Shown one piece after another: positions 11,577 through 22,135 of a DNA stretch of 57,376 bases. The notes below the pieces were generated by a model. It saw only the letters and a list, made by a program, of their open reading frames with translations, was not told where the DNA came from and made no database searches. Source of the stretch: Girardia tigrina (lineage: Eukaryota); assembly GCA_001938485.1 (NCBI GenBank), contig MQRK01248175.1, positions 1 to 57,376 on the forward strand, given 5' to 3'. Position 1 is the stretch's first letter; every line of letters starts with the position of its first letter. The position numbers and the translations under genes were made by a program.

Positions 11577-11794
11577 TTACACTTCGAATTTCTATTCATA
11601 TTTTGTTATTTATTTTGTCGTTGAAAAAGAAATGCATGTTTTAATTTTTTTTATTTAATGTAAGTTTATATCAAAAAATCTTTTTTTAATATTAATTTTT
11701 ATATATCATAAAAAGCTTATTTTACGGCCTTGTTAAATATTTGTGGCAGTTATATTTTGATTTTGTAGTGCCACTATGTTTGATTTTGATTGAA

Positions 11795-12085
11795 TTTTTC
11801 AAGACGTGATTTTTGCATTATTTTCTTTTACAAGTTCAAGCTAGGGTGTAATGTATCTCAATCATCCCAAAAAATTATGAAGTATGTGGCGAAGGAAGTA
11901 CCAAAAAAGCACGGTGCAGCGCAGGTATTAAAAGTTTCGTTCCGACAATATAGACTTCAAAGATGAACTTCATGGTAGACGACAATCGGTAACTGAAAAT
12001 GAACAATTGAAGGTACTATTGGAGGCCGATTCATGTTCAGCTATTCGGGAACTCGCAGAAGAGCACAGCGTTGATCTCCAAACTA
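11795..12085 (+). pseudogene. mariner transposase N-terminal HTH fragment
   Basis: Broken reading frame FLYKFKLG...KFRSDNIDFKDELHGRRQSVTENEQLKVLLEADSCSAIRELAEE. Confidence 0.75.
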
Positions 12086-12779
12086 ATTTTATACCTAAAC
12101 AATTTAATGAGAACAGAGAAAGAACTAGTAAATCAAAAAATTAAATTTTTTATATCCATTCTTTATGCAGACAAAACTCTACTTTGCCAAGAAAATTTTT
12201 AAAAATTAAAAAAATTTAAAGTTAAATAAATTTTAATTAAAAAACATATTAAAAATTAATATAAACTACTTATAAGTTATAAGTAGATATCTTGCAATTA
12301 ATATTGTTAGGGAACTCCGAATTTTCCATTTTTTTCCAATTTTGGGATCTTTAAGAGTTTTTCGATCAATTTTTTACATAATCATTTATTGTCATTGAGA
12401 ATGAGTAAGTGTGCAAAGTTTGAAGAAAATTGATTGAGTGTAAGTCCTTCAAAAATATTTTTTTAAATTCCATGGATTATATATATATATATATAGAAAG
12501 TGAGCTATTAAAAAGAATGGAAAAAATATTCCAACAAAAACGAGAAGTAGTTAAACGCACACAAGTAATGAAAAACAACAATCATCTAATAACAAACGGA
12601 GACAACACAAAGCTTCAGACCATAATAAACAAAAATTAAACATACCAGACTTTTCTTTAGACAACAGAAATTCACCCAAATGTTGGTAAATATAAGCCAG
12701 CAAAACAATATATACTATAAGAATTAACAATTCATCTCACCAAAACCCAATAAAGATTAAGCCAGAAATAAATACAATG

Positions 12780-13000
12780 ATTAAAATAAATAAACCCTGT
12801 GAATCTTAAAAAAACTTTAAAACTTGGTATTTTACCTAACCTACAAACTTCAATATGTTCAGCAATATTGCTACCATTTCCGAATCGTCTGTGACCCTTA
12901 ATCTGCTTACAGAGATTACGCGAAGTCTCTCCAATGTATATGACATTACACCGATTACTAGAAAATTGATCAATAAGATCGTGGCTGAGATATGACGATC
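12780..13000 (-). mobile_element. Penelope-like GIY-YIG fragment
   Basis: Minus strand RCNVIYIGETSRNLCKQIKGH...GSNIAEH. Confidence 0.75.
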
Positions 13001-13146
13001 AACAATTTCAAAATACTGTGCAGTAATTTTAAAAATTATTGGGAGACGGTATTCTGTGGGGCACAGTTAATCAAATCCCTTAATTCATCAATTAACGTTA
13101 AATAAACCTCTCATCACTTTTTGCATATGTTGATTATATAATCACC

Positions 13147-13149
<3 letters not shown>

Positions 13150-13193
<44 letters not shown>
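13150..13193. repeat. (TA)n microsatellite
   Basis: Direct observation; abuts a Tc1/mariner TIR. Confidence 0.95.
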
Positions 13194-13196
<3 letters not shown>

Positions 13197-13221
13197 GGTG
13201 GGCCAAAAGTAACTACACAAT

Positions 13222-13387
13222 TGTGATATTAAAATGAATAATTAAAAAAAGCAGGATTAATTATAATTGAATATTTGTTTTAATATTCGATGTAATGTAG
13301 TAGTTTTACAAATATATATATTAATCGTCAATTGCATTTATTGAATTTTGGTTATCATATTATTAATATTATTGTCATAATATAACA
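13222..13387 (+). repeat. 5' LTR
   Basis: TGTGATATTAAAATG...ATAACA; few differences from 18264-18425. Confidence 0.95.
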
Positions 13388-13403
13388 TGGCGTCACGAGC
13401 AGG
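13388..13403 (+). promoter_or_regulatory. Primer-binding site, probably tRNA-Ser
   Basis: TGGCGTCACGAGCAGG immediately follows the LTR. It is complementary to a tRNA ending CCUGCUCGUGACG-CCA, which resembles metazoan tRNA-Ser(CGA) 3' ends. Confidence 0.75.
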
Positions 13404-13419
13404 TAAGAATAATTTTTTG

Positions 13420-14917
13420 GACGAATTTCTCTTTAGGGAAAAAGAAACAAAACTTTTCGTTTACAAAAAACATTCTGCAAGTTCAACCGCAATCAAGGAG
13501 CACGTAAAAAAACGTTCAAGAGTTTGTTAAGTTATTCACATTTGGTGAAAATGAAAGGAAGGAGGAATAGCAATTATTCCAGAAATATTTCGACGAGAAA
13601 ATTAACAAAGAGATTCAAAGTGATCCATCCTACAATCACGAATCGGAGAATATCGAGGACTATACTCAACGACTTTTAAAAATGTTGGAGAAGAAAGAAT
13701 CCAAAATAAGCAACATCAGACTTTTGTTCCAAATTACCCAAACAAAAAACGAAAACATCAGTGACTATGCCAAAAGAATACGCATAGGAAATCTTGGAAT
13801 AAAGGAAATAAAAGAAGACATAATGATTGAAGCCTTTTTGGAAGGTTTGACATATAGGACAATGGCAACGATCGTCCGTCTTTTTAAACCAAAATCACTT
13901 GAAGAAGCAATCGATCTTATCAAAGATTAATAACAGCCAACAAGACTCGTCGATGACGACCAAAATCTTTATTATATGAAACACGATCGGGAACATATAA
14001 AACAGTTAAAACTCTAAAACGAGAAACTGAAGAACGAGATCATTCGACTAAAGGCGATAATAGCGAGAACAAGAAATAAACCGCAATACAAACAATACGA
14101 GTCTAGATACGCAACTAAAGACATCCAACCATATTCAGGGGAGAAGAGAACGTGTTTTAACTGCAAGAAGATAGAACATATCGCTAAATTCTGCAAGGAA
14201 CGTAAATGCTATGGGTGCGGATCGACAAATCACGTTCTTCGAGACTGTAGCATCAAACGATTAAGATATTTCCAAGAAGAAGAAGAGATTTTGAGCGATG
14301 GGCCACCGGAGACGGAAAATGTCACATCAGAGGACAAACAGATTAATATGATTCATGGATCGGGATGTAGTAAAGAAAAATCGAAGATGATTTTCAACAA
14401 AAAACCAACGTTGGAGGAAGCATATAGCAATTACATTAACAACCACGGAGCACGTCCGAGAAAAAATTTATATAAATACGAACCGACATTAATATCGGAA
14501 TCTAGACTAGAGAAAGCTAGAAACAAACCAATCGTGCGGTGCAACACAGCGAATATGCCAGTGAAGGTTATGTTTGACACAGGTGCTGATCTTAATGTCA
14601 TTAGCCATGAGTTAGTTGATAAGATACGAGAACGGAATCCAGCAGTAAAAATTGACGACTCAAGAACTAAAATCACATGCGCAAATGGTACTACGGAAGA
14701 GTGCATTGGAAAAGTTCAACTAAATGTGGCAATCGGACCATATATTACAGCTCATGTTTTTGATATTATGCCAAAGATATTTCCTCACATTTTCATCGGA
14801 TTGAGAAGTATAAAGAAATATGAGATAAAGGTAAATGCAGGAGAGGACTGTATTGAAATACAGAATATGAAGATACCATTTATCTCGAAGACGATCACCG
14901 CAGAGTCTTTAAACTAA
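13420..14917 (+). pseudogene. gag: Gag-protease ORF1 (a few in-frame stops; start approximate)
   Basis: One reading frame joins the capsid-like QTKNENISDYAKRI, two CCHC knuckles (CFNCKKIEHIAKFC, CYGCGSTNHVLRDC) and the aspartic protease MFDTGADLN. It ends AESLN*. Confidence 0.9.
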
Positions 14918-14968
14918 GTGGGTCCGCATTGAGGAGTCGGAATGCGGGATACAGCCAGATAGAGACTC
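14908..14968 (+). promoter_or_regulatory. Programmed -1 ribosomal frameshift signal (gag-pro/pol)
   Basis: In-frame U_UUA_AAC 14908-14914 directly before the ORF1 stop. Stem CCGCAUU/AAUGCGG (14924-30/14941-47); loop GAGUC can pair with GACUC 14964-68. The -1 frame is the pol frame. Confidence 0.8.
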
Positions 14969-17900
14969 AGAATACTGAATTATACAGAATTATCGTATCA
15001 GAGAATATTAATACGTGGGGTGCTGCTGACTATTTTATCAAGGCTATGCTAGTAGACAATCACAATGAGAAGAAAAGAGATGAAAATAGATAGTTTATTT
15101 TTACGGGAGAAAAAGAGAAGCTCAGTGAAAAGGGACTGATGGCAATGGATAGTCTTATCAAATGCGACGATGGAGATGTATGGGTCAGATTGACTAACAT
15201 TGAAGGAGAAAATATACAGATTCGAACGGGGATGACGTTGGGGTATGCAGAGGTATATCAGGAGGACGAACAAATGGCAGAAAAAAGATCAATCTATAGC
15301 TTATCAAAGGAGAACCAGAAGAAAGAGGAAACTGCAATAGAAGAAATTCTGAAAAGCATTGAGGATAACATGAATGAAGAAAACAAGGATGCAAAGAAGA
15401 ATCTAATGGAAATTATACGTGTTAATAAAGAGATATTTAGTACATACCAATTGGATATTTGGAAAAGTGATCTAACAAAACATAGGATAGAAACTGAAGA
15501 CGAGAAACCGATTAACTTCAAACCCAGAAGTATACTCGTGGGGCTAGAACAGGAGGTACAAATAATGATCGAAGATATGGAAAAAAGGGAATTATAAGAC
15601 AAAGTACGTCTGCATGGAATTTCCCGGTAGTAGTAGCTAAGAAAAAGAACGGAGAGATTCGACTATGCGTATATTACAGGGCCCTAAATGCAAAGACAAA
15701 TCGTCCGATATTCCCAATCTCATCGTCAGAGGAGATTTTTGATAGTATTGGAGGATCCAAATACTTTTCAACACTTGATCTATCGAGCGGATATCACCAA
15801 GTACCAGTGGCAGAGGAAGATATACTAAAGACAGCGTTCAGCACCAGACACGGTCAATACGAGTTTGTAAGAATGCCATTCGGGTTATGTGGAGCACCAG
15901 CAACTTTCCAGAGATTGATGAATTTAATATTAAGAAAAGAGAACTNNNNNNNNNNNNNNNNNNNNNNNNNNNNNNNNNNNNNNNNNNNNNNNNNNNNNNN
16001 NNNNNNNNNNGGAAATGGTACTATCAAGAATAAAACATGCTGGGTTAAAACTAGCCCCAACAAAATGTAAGTTTATGGAAACAGAAATAAAATACTTGGG
16101 TCATATAATTAATGAACAAGGTGTGAAAACTGACCCAGATAAAATCAGTAGCATCAAAGAATGGAAGATACCCGGTTGTAAGAAAGAGTTACAAACATTC
16201 TTGGGGTTTTGTAACTATTACCGAAGGTTCATTAAAGACTACGCCACAATGTCCAGTTCCTTAAGCTCGATGTTAAAAAATGATTCCAAATTTATGTGGA
16301 CAGAAGAAACGAAAAGTATGTTCTATAAACTAAAAGAACAATTAACACAACCTCCAGTATTAGCCCTACCAGTGAAAGACGGTAAATATATTCTAGATAC
16401 AGACGCATCACACGATACGATTGGTGCAGTATTATCACAAGTACAAAATGGAGAAGAAAGAGTTATTTACTACGCATCGAAAACATTAACCAAGAGCCAG
16501 AAACAATACTGTATAACACGAAAGGAGCTACTAGCAATCCATACATTCGTTTTAAAATTCAAGCACTATTTAATCGGGTCACATTTTCTCGTCAGAACGG
16601 ATCACTAGGCACTAAAATGGCTCTTAAACTGGAATAGTCCAAACACATCACAGTACTGTATTTGGAAATCGGAACTTGAAATATTCGATATGGAAATAGA
16701 ATTCAGGAAAGAAAAGGAACACAAAAATGCAGATTCACTTTCCAGACCAGCACCATGTGAACAGTGCGCCATTTCACACGAAGACCCAAAAAGAAAAAGA
16801 AATGTAAAAGAATTTCATTCGGTGCACAACACTAGTGACAAAACTCGTAGCGAGTATTCGGAAAAAGTCGTCAATAAAATACAGGAACACGGTGACAGCA
16901 GCTACAACGAATGGGAGCAGGAGAAAGATGAGAAGTTAAGGAAGTTACTAAACCAAAAAAATAACAAAGATGAGATGAGAAGATACCAGTCCAACGGATA
17001 CGAGGTCAGAATTCGGGGTGATATAATATACTTGTTCAAAGACGGGATATATAGGGTAATGGTTCCAAAACATAAAAGAATGGAGATTATATGGAACCAC
17101 CACAAAAAATTGGGGCACCCAGGATTAGAAAAAAACTATCGAAGCCATCTCAAGAAAACATTGTTGGTGGAAAATGGCAAATGACATAAAAGAAACGCTG
17201 AGTAAGTATACACCTTGCATTCGAAACAAGGACATCAATAAAAGAATCAGGGCACCGTTGCAGAACTCGGTCACTAAAAAACCATTCGAAGTTATTGGAA
17301 TAGACATCACGGGACCTTTTAACAGAACAAGAAAAAGATACCGATACATCCTCTGGGTCATTGACTACTTCTCCAAATATATATGCCTAATACCGATGAA
17401 GACAATAACAGCAGAAGAGGTGATTAAAAAGTTATGGATCCACTGTATATCCAAATTCGGTATTCCGGAAATAATACATTCTGACAGGGGTACTAATTTT
17501 ACCTCGAATTTATTTGTTGAACACTGCCGAGCACTGGGAATCGAAAAAACACATACCTCATCATACTACCCACAAAGTAATGGATTAACAGAAAGATTGT
17601 TCAAGACTATAAAACCTATGATCAGTGCAGTAATGGAGGAAAGAAATATTCTATCCTGGAGTGAAGCACTACCGTTCGTAGAACTGGGAATACGAACGAC
17701 AAAACAAAAAACGACAAATTACTCTCCATATGAAGTACTTTTCGGACACAGACCACGGATTGATTTCAATTACCCCGAATACTTCACAGACACGGAATAT
17801 CGCAGCACAGAGGAATACGTAAATGAAATGAGACGGAAGATAAAAATTATACATGAAAACATCGAGAAAAATGCACGAGAACAAAACGAAAAAGATAAAG

Positions 17901-18247
17901 AGAGATATGATAAGAACCGATGGAGTACAAGATTGAAAATAGGACAGATGGTAATGATCAAGAACCAAGGAGCACAGGGGTTTGAAAGCAAATATATCGG
18001 ACCGTTTATTATCAAGAGAATTATTAACAACTGGACATTCATTCTTTATCACGAAGGGACTAATAAAGAAATTCAGCGAAACTACAATCAGATTAAAGAG
18101 CTAAAAAAAGGCAAAGTACAGAGCGAGAAAACAAAAATCCAAACCAGTATACGAACATGGAAATGGAAGAAGAGCGACCCGATACAGAGCAATGAGAGAA
18201 GGTACCCGACCAGAAGTACGAGAAACCCAACACCAGTATACAAATGA
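14911..18247 (+). pseudogene. pol: Pol (spacer, RT, RNase H, integrase), disrupted by a few stops/frameshifts and an N-gap
   Basis: RT: KTAFST, RMPFGLCGAPATFQR, FLGFCNYYRRFI. RNase H: LDTDAS, RKELLA, RTDH. Integrase: HKKLGHPG, IDITGPF, IDYFSK, SDRGTNF, SNGLTER, YIGPF. Confidence 0.95.
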
Positions 18248-18263
18248 TTTTCAAAGAGGGGAT

Positions 18264-18425
18264 TGTGATATTAAAATGAATAATTAAAAAAAGCATGATT
18301 AATTATAATTGAATATTTGTTTTAATATTCGATGTAATGTAGTAGTTTACAAATATATATAATCGTCAATTGCATTTATTGAATTTTGGTTATTATATTA
18401 TTAATATTATTGTCATAAGATAACT
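18264..18425 (+). repeat. 3' LTR
   Basis: Copy of 13222-13387, preceded by a PPT. Confidence 0.95.
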
Positions 18426-18531
18426 TATAATTTAATATAATATAATTTATTCTGTTTAAATTTTGTTTCAGGTTTACGTTTGTTAAAAAAATTTTAAAAT
18501 TATTTTATTCTACGGGCCTTGAATTTTTATC

Positions 18532-19352
18532 ATGCCAAGATACACAACGGAGCAAAGAATATTTATGATCGAATCTTCAATAAAATTCAATAATTCATTT
18601 ATTTCTGTTCAGCGCGAATTTCAAAAGCGTTATAAAACTAAAAATGTTCCAGAGAGAAGAACAATTTTAAATATTTTAAATACATTTTTGACTTCTGGAT
18701 GTGTGGTAGATGTGTCAAGATTTGGGCGTCCTAAGATTGTGAGATCCAAAGAAAATATCCAACGCGTAGAAGAAAATGTTCAATTTAAACCAAGATTATC
18801 GACAAGAAAACGTTCGAGTCATCTGAATATTTCGATGACATCTCTTAGGCGAATTTTAAAAATTGATCTGAAAATGAAAGCCTACAAGATTCAGATCTGC
18901 CAAAAACTTCAACCGAATGATTTTCAGAAACGAGTTCTGTCAGAATTCTGCAAAAGGTGGTCGAAATTACAGATTTCATTGGCAAAATGATAATAACTGA
19001 TGAGGCTCACTTTTGGATGGACGGGTATATAAATAAGCAAAATTGGAGGTTTTGGGGTTCAGAAAATCCCATGGAGGTTATTGAACGAACTTCAAATCCC
19101 CAAAAATGCACAGTGTGGTGAGGTATTACTTCTGAAGCAATAATTGGGCCTTATTTTTTCGAAGATACTGATGGTCACCAAATCAATGTGAATGGAATAA
19201 GATATCGTCAAATGATCAGAAAGATAGTTTTACCATTCATCGAAAATAAACCAGATATGTGGTTCCAACAGGACGGGGCCACATGTCACACTGCAAATGA
19301 GAATATGAATTTGCTAAGAGATAATTTTGGTGAGAGAATTATTTGGAGATGA
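18532..19352 (+). pseudogene. Tc1/mariner (rosa-like) transposase, frameshifted and truncated before the third catalytic residue
   Basis: MPRYTTEQRIF..., GRPK, TDEAHFWMDGYINKQNWRFWGSENP, IIGPYFFE, WFQQDGATCHTA. Confidence 0.9.
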
Positions 19353-19359
19353 CGTAAAC

Positions 19360-19392
<33 letters not shown>

Positions 19393-21124
19393 CGTACCTT
19401 ATTATTGATCAATTTTATTTTACTTTTTTTTATATTATTTATTTATAATTTTATTACATTGTTTGTATAATAAGTTTTCTTTATTTTTTGATTTGATTTA
19501 AAGCATTTTATTAAAATTCAAAAATATTATATTTCTTAATTGAAAAAATGATAAATTAATTTCCATTTCCATTAGTATCAAATTATAATGAAATTATTCA
19601 TAAGTTATGGATAATAAATAAATAAAAAGCCAATTAATAATGAAGGAAAATCCAGTTTAAAAAATTTACAACTCAGGAAATATTTGCATTGTTATAAATG
19701 AATACTGGTCTTGTAAATTCTGATTTAGAAAGATTAATCTCTTGATTTATATATGTGTGTGTTAATGTATATTAATTTTATTATAGAAATAATATAAAAC
19801 ACAATATAGTTAATACAAATCGATAAACAATAACTACAAATTTACGGGTTATTTGAAGTTCATGTAACATGCTTTGAGTTAGATTATCTTTCGAAAGAAA
19901 TATCAAAAACAAAAATTTCTGCCTCCTTAATCAAAAGAAACTACTCCAACCAAGCAGTGTAATTTCCTTTAATATATTTGAAATATTTCAAATTCTTATT
20001 CAACCGAAACATTTTACTTCACCAAATTAAGGACCAATTTCAAACCGAACCTGGTACAGACTAAATCAATCTATAGACACTCAAATCCAACTAATCTGAA
20101 GAAAACAATAATCAACACTCCAAATACCTTCACAATTGTTTCAGAAACCGTGTCTTTTTTAATACGAAGGAGAAAAAGGAAATCCCTTTGCATTCGATCC
20201 TTGAAAAAACTGCAGTTAACATCGGGAGAAGAGTCATGAAAAATACTGACTTCTAATTTCACTCATTTATCCGCAGGAATCAAATAATCCATTTTCGTAT
20301 CATTATGTATATTAAAGTAGCGTTTTTTATTAATATTTTTCAAATTGAGAAATTGATTAACGATTTTCATTTATTTTTTTAATTCATTTTTACATTCTCA
20401 CGAATCGTATTCTGTTAAAATTTGAATTATTCCACATCGTTTTTTAAACTTAAACAACTTTTTTTATAAATTTTCCAATATTAACTTTTTTACAATTAAT
20501 AAAATTCACTTTTAAACTTTTCTTCAACTTATTTTTTTTTCAATATTGATTTTTAACAAGCTTGAATTTTTATTTGAATTGAAATTGTGACAGTTTCTTT
20601 TTTTACAAAATTTTTCTAAACAAAAAAAACACATTTACATATCAACCAATCATATTCAGAAAATTACTTTTTACAAATCACACATACACACATACACACT
20701 GACAAAATCACTCCTCCCACTCCCACAACATCCAAATTTCAAATTGAATCGTGATTTCGAATCACAAATCACGTGATCAAATCGATTCAATTAATTTTTT
20801 ATTTAATTTTTTGGTGATTACTAATCACCAAATTTAAATTACTTACTGTAAATTATATATATTATTTAAAAAAAATTTTTTTTACTTTAATTACTTAAAT
20901 GTTATTTAACTTTTAATTTTTTTCTTTCAATTTATTTGCATTATTTTTCCCAAACTGGCAAAATGTTCGGTCAATCATTTCATTTTCCGCTCTAACGATC
21001 GTCCCTGTTTTGATGAAGTTCTAGAAAGAAATTTCAATTTTTAATTCTAGTCGATCTTTCAATCAAAACATTTACCCGTTAAATATTCAATTACGTTCAA
21101 CCAACATAACTGCTACATTTTTTT

Positions 21125-21523
21125 GTGATTATTTGGAATTTGTCGTCCAATTTTGAAATTACAAATCGGGGTTTAAATATTTCTAGAGGAAGCTTGAGGG
21201 ACAATATTTACACAAAAAAGCATATTGAACACAACATTAGGGTAACATTAGACAAATTATGTACAGATACAAGTATTAAGAAACGATTAAAAGAAAACAA
21301 TACTGAAGTATGCAAACAAATCATTAAAACACCATACTCTGAGGGATTTAGAGCTGTTAAGAAGAGTATTTGTAGAACAACAAGTAGTGCCAAAGTAGTC
21401 TCTGTCATATCCAAAGTTCAAAATTTCCTCTCAAATAAATCAAAAACAATTTGTGGTTTGCAAGCTAATCTGATATATAAAATAAATTGTCACTGGTGTC
21501 AAAACTCATACATCGGAGAGACG
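21125..21523 (+). mobile_element. Penelope-like linker/GIY-YIG fragment
   Basis: PYSEGF...NLIYKINCHWCQNSYIGET, then an abrupt switch to LINE sequence. Confidence 0.8.
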
Positions 21524-21524
21524 A

Positions 21525-22135
21525 TACTGGTTGAGTGCAGTATGAATTCCGGCCGGGAAGAGGAACTTAGTTGGCTATAAGTATCTTTAGGAAATTACAG
21601 GAGGAAGTGCGATAAAAGGCCATTAATATGTATGTCATCTTTATTGATTTGAAGAAAGCATACGACCGTGTCCCGGGAGTCTCTCTGGAGCTATTTAAAG
21701 AGACTAGGGATAAGTTTGAGAATGTTAGAGATCATCAAAGCTTTTGATGAGGGATTCGAAGGTTCTATGGGGGTTGAAACCTTCAATATGGATAAAGGAT
21801 TGTCTCAAGGTTGTGTTTTAGGGCCGCTCCAGTTCAATATTGTATTCGACACGGTTATGAAAAGAGCAATATTGAACGGTATCTCTGGAGGAGTGATGAT
21901 GAAACATGAAGACGGAAGCTTCCTTGAGATCAACAAACTAACCTATGCTGACGACCTCAGCCTGATTGACATGGACTGGAATAACTTGATAAATAATTTG
22001 AACATTTTAAATGCATTCCTTTTAGATTTAGGTCTTAAAATTAACATCGGTAAAACCAAAGTTTTGAACCTAGACGAAGATACTGTGATCTTTACTGCTG
22101 GGCACGAGCTTTCTCGATGCGCCGATCGCATCTCA
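21525..22135 (+). mobile_element. RTE-type non-LTR retrotransposon RT fragment
   Basis: QYEFRPGR, FIDLKKAYD, GLSQGCVLGP, LTYADDL, GLKINIGKTKVL. High similarity to 40250-40860 on the minus strand. Confidence 0.9.

Larger units (their letters stand above)
13222..18425 (+). mobile_element. Near-complete Ty3/gypsy LTR retrotransposon
   Basis: Near-identical ~165-bp LTRs (13222-13387, 18264-18425), PBS at 13388, PPT aaagagggga 18253-18262, domain order gag-PR-RT-RH-IN. Confidence 0.97.
13194..19352 (+). mobile_element. Tc1/mariner-superfamily (rosa-like) DNA transposon, split by a gypsy insertion and 3'-truncated
   Basis: TIR-like aagggtgggccaaaagtaactacaca after TA at 13194. The transposase at 18532-19352 lies on the far side of the LTR element. 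Confidence 0.7.

Noticed and set aside
13920-16610. In-frame TAA/TAG codons in the gypsy ORFs suggesting stop-codon reassignment (TAR=Gln/Glu)
   Set aside because: Elsewhere TAG/TGA replace conserved Trp, Lys or Cys codons. The 357-aa integrase ORF has no TAR while using CAA/CAG freely. Ordinary decay explains them.
18421-18432. Target-site duplication for the 13222-18425 element
   Set aside because: Left flank acaat versus right tataat/ataat, with a mutated LTR terminus; not cleanly assignable.
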